Assembly: GCA_950097015.1 (NCBI GenBank)
Contig: CATNEN010000001.1
Location: 13,454,001 to 13,518,000 of the forward strand
DNA length: 64,000 bases
Reading direction: 5' to 3'
Origin: Macrostomum hystrix
Taxonomy: Eukaryota > Animalia > Platyhelminthes
Under the pieces are notes generated by a model. It did no database searches and was not told the DNA's origin. It worked only from the letters and a program-made list of their open reading frames with translations. Each line of letters begins with the position of its first letter. Within the stretch, counting starts at the first letter, position 1. Below are positions 60,773 to 64,000 of the stretch, in pieces. The translations under genes and the position numbers were made by a program.

Positions 60773-62209
60773 CAAGCAGTCAAACACTGACTAGATCATG
60801 CACCAATGTGTTGAGCGGCAGTGCATCGTCCTTGTTTGTTGAGTCAGCTATCAAACGGTCAGTCATGCTTGGCTGTCAATAAGCAACCTCAGAAAAAAAT
60901 AAAAGTAGAGTTGTTCGGAAAGGGCACACAATAAGCTCATGCAGTAAGCTCAGACGATTCTTTATCCTGAAACTTCTGCTAGTTGGCTATCAGGTCTACT
61001 TATACCGCTGAATTTCACAGCCACAATCAGAATGTCATCTTATCAGAACTAATGTAGGCTGTTCTATAAATGCCAGGTGGAACTAACTTGCAAATGTGAT
61101 TCGAAATCATACTGTAAAGCCCTGGCTTATCAGTTTGGAGCTGACTCACTGGGTAAGGGAACAATGGTCTTGATAACACATGCGTAACATTGGCTTATTA
61201 CATTTCTGGAAGTTGTACATGGTTCCTATATTACATTTCACACAACTATTGTGTTTAGAATTAATAAACCTAAAACGATAGTCCAGACAACTTCATAGAA
61301 ATTCCAATAACTATGCGATCTCCCCCTCAGTCCTTTCTCCCTCTCAGTCCTTTCTCTCCCTAAGTCCCTTCTCCCCCTCAGTCCCTTCTCCCCCTCAGTC
61401 CCTTCTCCCTCGCAGTCCTTTCTCTCCCTCAGTCCCTTCTCCCCCTCAGTCCATTCTCCCTCAGTCCTTTCTCTCCCTCAGTCCTTTCTCCCCCTCCGTC
61501 CCTTCTCCCCCTCCGTCCCTTCTCCCCCTCAGTCCTTTCTCCCCCTCAGTCCTTTCTCTCCCTCAGTCCCTTCTCCCCCTCAGTCCCTTCTCCCCCTCAG
61601 TCCCTTCTGCCTCTCAGTCCCTTCTCCCCCTCAGTCCCTTCTCCCATTCAGTCCCTTCAAACTGGCTTTGCAATCTGAAATTTCTCATATTTTGCTTATT
61701 TTGCCAATTGTTTTGCAATCAGCTGAAGTTCTTTGTCAGGGACATCCTCATGGTGGAATCTTACTCTAGTTAAGAAAACTTCCCACCAGGAAAGACAATG
61801 TTCTGGATGAAAGCCAAGCGTCAATTGAATTATAGATCTTTCTTGTCTGCTTCGATCTCGAAATTGTTAATTTAATCAGGCGAAGAATTTCCTTGAAAAT
61901 TCTTTGTGAAAATGCAACTGTGGAGTCATCCAAGTTGCTCTTGGTGGGATTTTCATGCAAACCCAAAACTCGATTAATTTTAACGAAACAAAGTTGAAAC
62001 GAATTTTTTTCTCAGCGACAGAATTAAATTTATCGCTAGTCGAGCTTGAAACACAATAATGCGCGAATATTCATTTCTATTCATTGCTAATCAACCGAGC
62101 AACGGTTATTGAACTGCCAGAGAGATCACATGCAACTCCTGGCATCAAAGTCCATTGTTACTGCGTATTATATTTTTACTGCTTATTATTGCTGCACGAG
62201 GACTCTCTG

Positions 62210-62890
62210 ACCTCCCCTCTCACCCTCTCCCTTCTCCCCTCTCCCTACTCCCCTCTCCCTTCTTCCCTCTCCCTTCTCCCTCTCCCTTCTCCCCTCTCCC
62301 TTCTTCCCTCTCCCCTCTCACCTCTCGCTTCTCCCCTCTCCCTTCTTCCCTATCCCTTCTCCCCTCTCCCTTCTCCCTTCTCCCTTCTTCCCTCTTCCCT
62401 CTCACCCTCTCCCATCTCCCCTCTCCCTTCTCCCCTCTCACTTCTCCCCTCTCCCTTCTCCCCTCTCCCCTCTCCCCTCTCCCTTCTCCCTTCTACCCTC
62501 TCCCCTCTCCCTTCTCCCCTCTCCCTTCTCTCCTCTCCCTTCTCACCCTCTCCCATCTCCCCTCTCCCTTCTCCCCTCTCCCTTCTTCCCTCTCCCTTCT
62601 CCCCTCTCCCTTCTCCCTTCTCCCCTCTCCACTCTCACCGTCTCCCATCTCCCCTCTCCGTTCTCCCCTCTCCCTTCTCCCCTCTCCCTTCACCCCTCTC
62701 CCTTCTCCCCTCTCCCTTCTCCCCTCTCCCTTCTCCCCTCTCCCCTCTCCCCTCTCCCTTCTCCCCTCTCCTTTCTCCCCTCTCCCTTCTCCCCTCTCCC
62801 TTCTCCCCTCTCGCTTCTCCCCTCTCCCTTCTCCCCTCTCCCTTCTTCCCTCTCCCCTCTCCCCTCTCCCCTCTCCCTTCTCTCCCCTCT
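62210..62890. repeat. (CTCTCCC/CTTCTCC)n pyrimidine tract, absent from the paralogous position
   Basis: Direct reading. Confidence 0.95.
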
Positions 62891-63645
62891 CTTGACTCTC
62901 CGTAGCTATTGTCTTATCACTACGAGGCATTCTCCTATCACTCTGACGCTCTTGCCACTCGAAAGGTATTCTCTTGTCACTCAGAGGCTACTCTCTTGTC
63001 ACTCAGAGGCTATTCTCTTGTCACTCAGAGGCTATTCTCTTGTCACTCAGGGGCTATTCTCTTGTCACTCAGAGGCTATTCTCTTGTCACTCAGAGGCTA
63101 TTCTCTTGTCACTCAGAGGCTATTCTCTTGTCACTCAGAGGCTATTCTTTTGTCACTCAGAGGCTATTCTCTTGTCACTCAGAGGCTATTCTCTTGTCAC
63201 TCAGAGGCTATTCTCTTGTCACTCAGAGGCTACTCTCTTGTCACTCAGAGGCTATTCTCTTGTCACTCAGAGGCTACTCTCTTGTCACTCAGAGGCTACT
63301 CTCTTGTCACTCAGAGGCTATTCTCTTGTCACTCAGAGGCTATTCTCTTGTCACTCAGAGGCTATTCTCTTGTCACTCAGAGGCTACTCTCTTGTCACTC
63401 AGAGGCTATTCTCTTGTCACTCAGAGGCTACTCTCTTGTCACTCAGAGGCTACTCTCTTGTCACTCAGAGGCTACTCTCTTGTCACTCAGAGGCTACTCT
63501 CTTGTCACTCAGAGGCTATTCTCTTGTCACTCAGAGGCTATTCTCTTGTCACTCAGAGGCTATTCTCTTGTCACTCAGAGGCTACTCTCTTGTCACTCAG
63601 AGGCTATTCTCTTGTCACTCAGAGGCTACTCTCTTGTCACGCCAG

Positions 63646-63827
63646 TCAGGCCAGTTCGCCATCAATTCCTCGATAATCCGGCAGAAACGGCAGCAGACGC
63701 AGTCGAGGCCAACGACCCAGCAGCCTCTGGCCGAAGGGCAAGTCATAGTAGGCCAGGTCCCTGCGGCGACATGCCGCCGACTGACTCGATGAAGCAGAGC
63801 CGGCCAGACCACGATCCGATGGAGTCC
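63646..63827 (-). CDS. slc23a: Terminal exon of an upstream tandem SLC23 paralog (rest lies beyond the window)
   Basis: Matches 49554-49735 except for one synonymous TCC>TCG change seen by eye; acceptor ttccacag and stop are intact. Confidence 0.92.
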
Positions 63828-64000
63828 CTGTGGAAGGTGGGAATTATCATGTACCTGCCTTTCTTATGTATCTTAATCCCCTGCCTGAACACCTTTGTTT
63901 TAATCCCCTGCCTGACCCCCTGTGTCTTAATCCCCTGCCTGACCCCCTGTGTCTTAATCCCCTGCCTGACCCCCTGTGTCTTAATCCCCTGCCTGACCCC

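Larger units (their letters stand above)
61320..64000. repeat. Tandem segmental duplicate of ~47830-50280
   Basis: Unique spacers are near-identical (e.g. 48573-49095 vs 61660-62180) and the arrays occur in the same order. Confidence 0.97.

Overview
Repeat-dense, intron-containing metazoan genomic DNA, not prokaryotic. GC-rich exons and a different minisatellite in almost every intron suggest a free-living flatworm such as Macrostomum, but that is inference only. Four host-type genes can be reconstructed: an intronless, Orange-less HES/hairy bHLH-WRPW gene (14801-15244, -); a 2-exon secreted PAN/apple-like + F-type lectin (38984-35295, -); an intronless aminergic class A GPCR (43012-44409, +); and a 6-exon SLC23/NAT nucleobase transporter (59777-49554, -), plus the last exon of a tandem paralog (63646-63827). 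The rest is a nest of mobile elements: three hAT-type relics, a DD34D mariner, Gypsy/LTR fragments, an RTE-type LINE, an RNase H-bearing LOA/R1-type LINE and tRNA-derived SINEs, with many tandem arrays. Most notable: (1) a pogo/DDE_1-type transposase relic fused to an OTU deubiquitinase-like domain; (2) a duplicated divergent cassette linking the HES gene to a polyQ micro-ORF ending in a CDK-site/SIAMESE-like motif; (3) a precise 1.16-kb inversion with 4-bp microhomology that restores a hAT transposase frame at both ends; (4) an 18-bp satellite and 24-bp palindrome lying inside the target-site duplication of a LINE. All assignments are from motif reading by eye; no searches were run.
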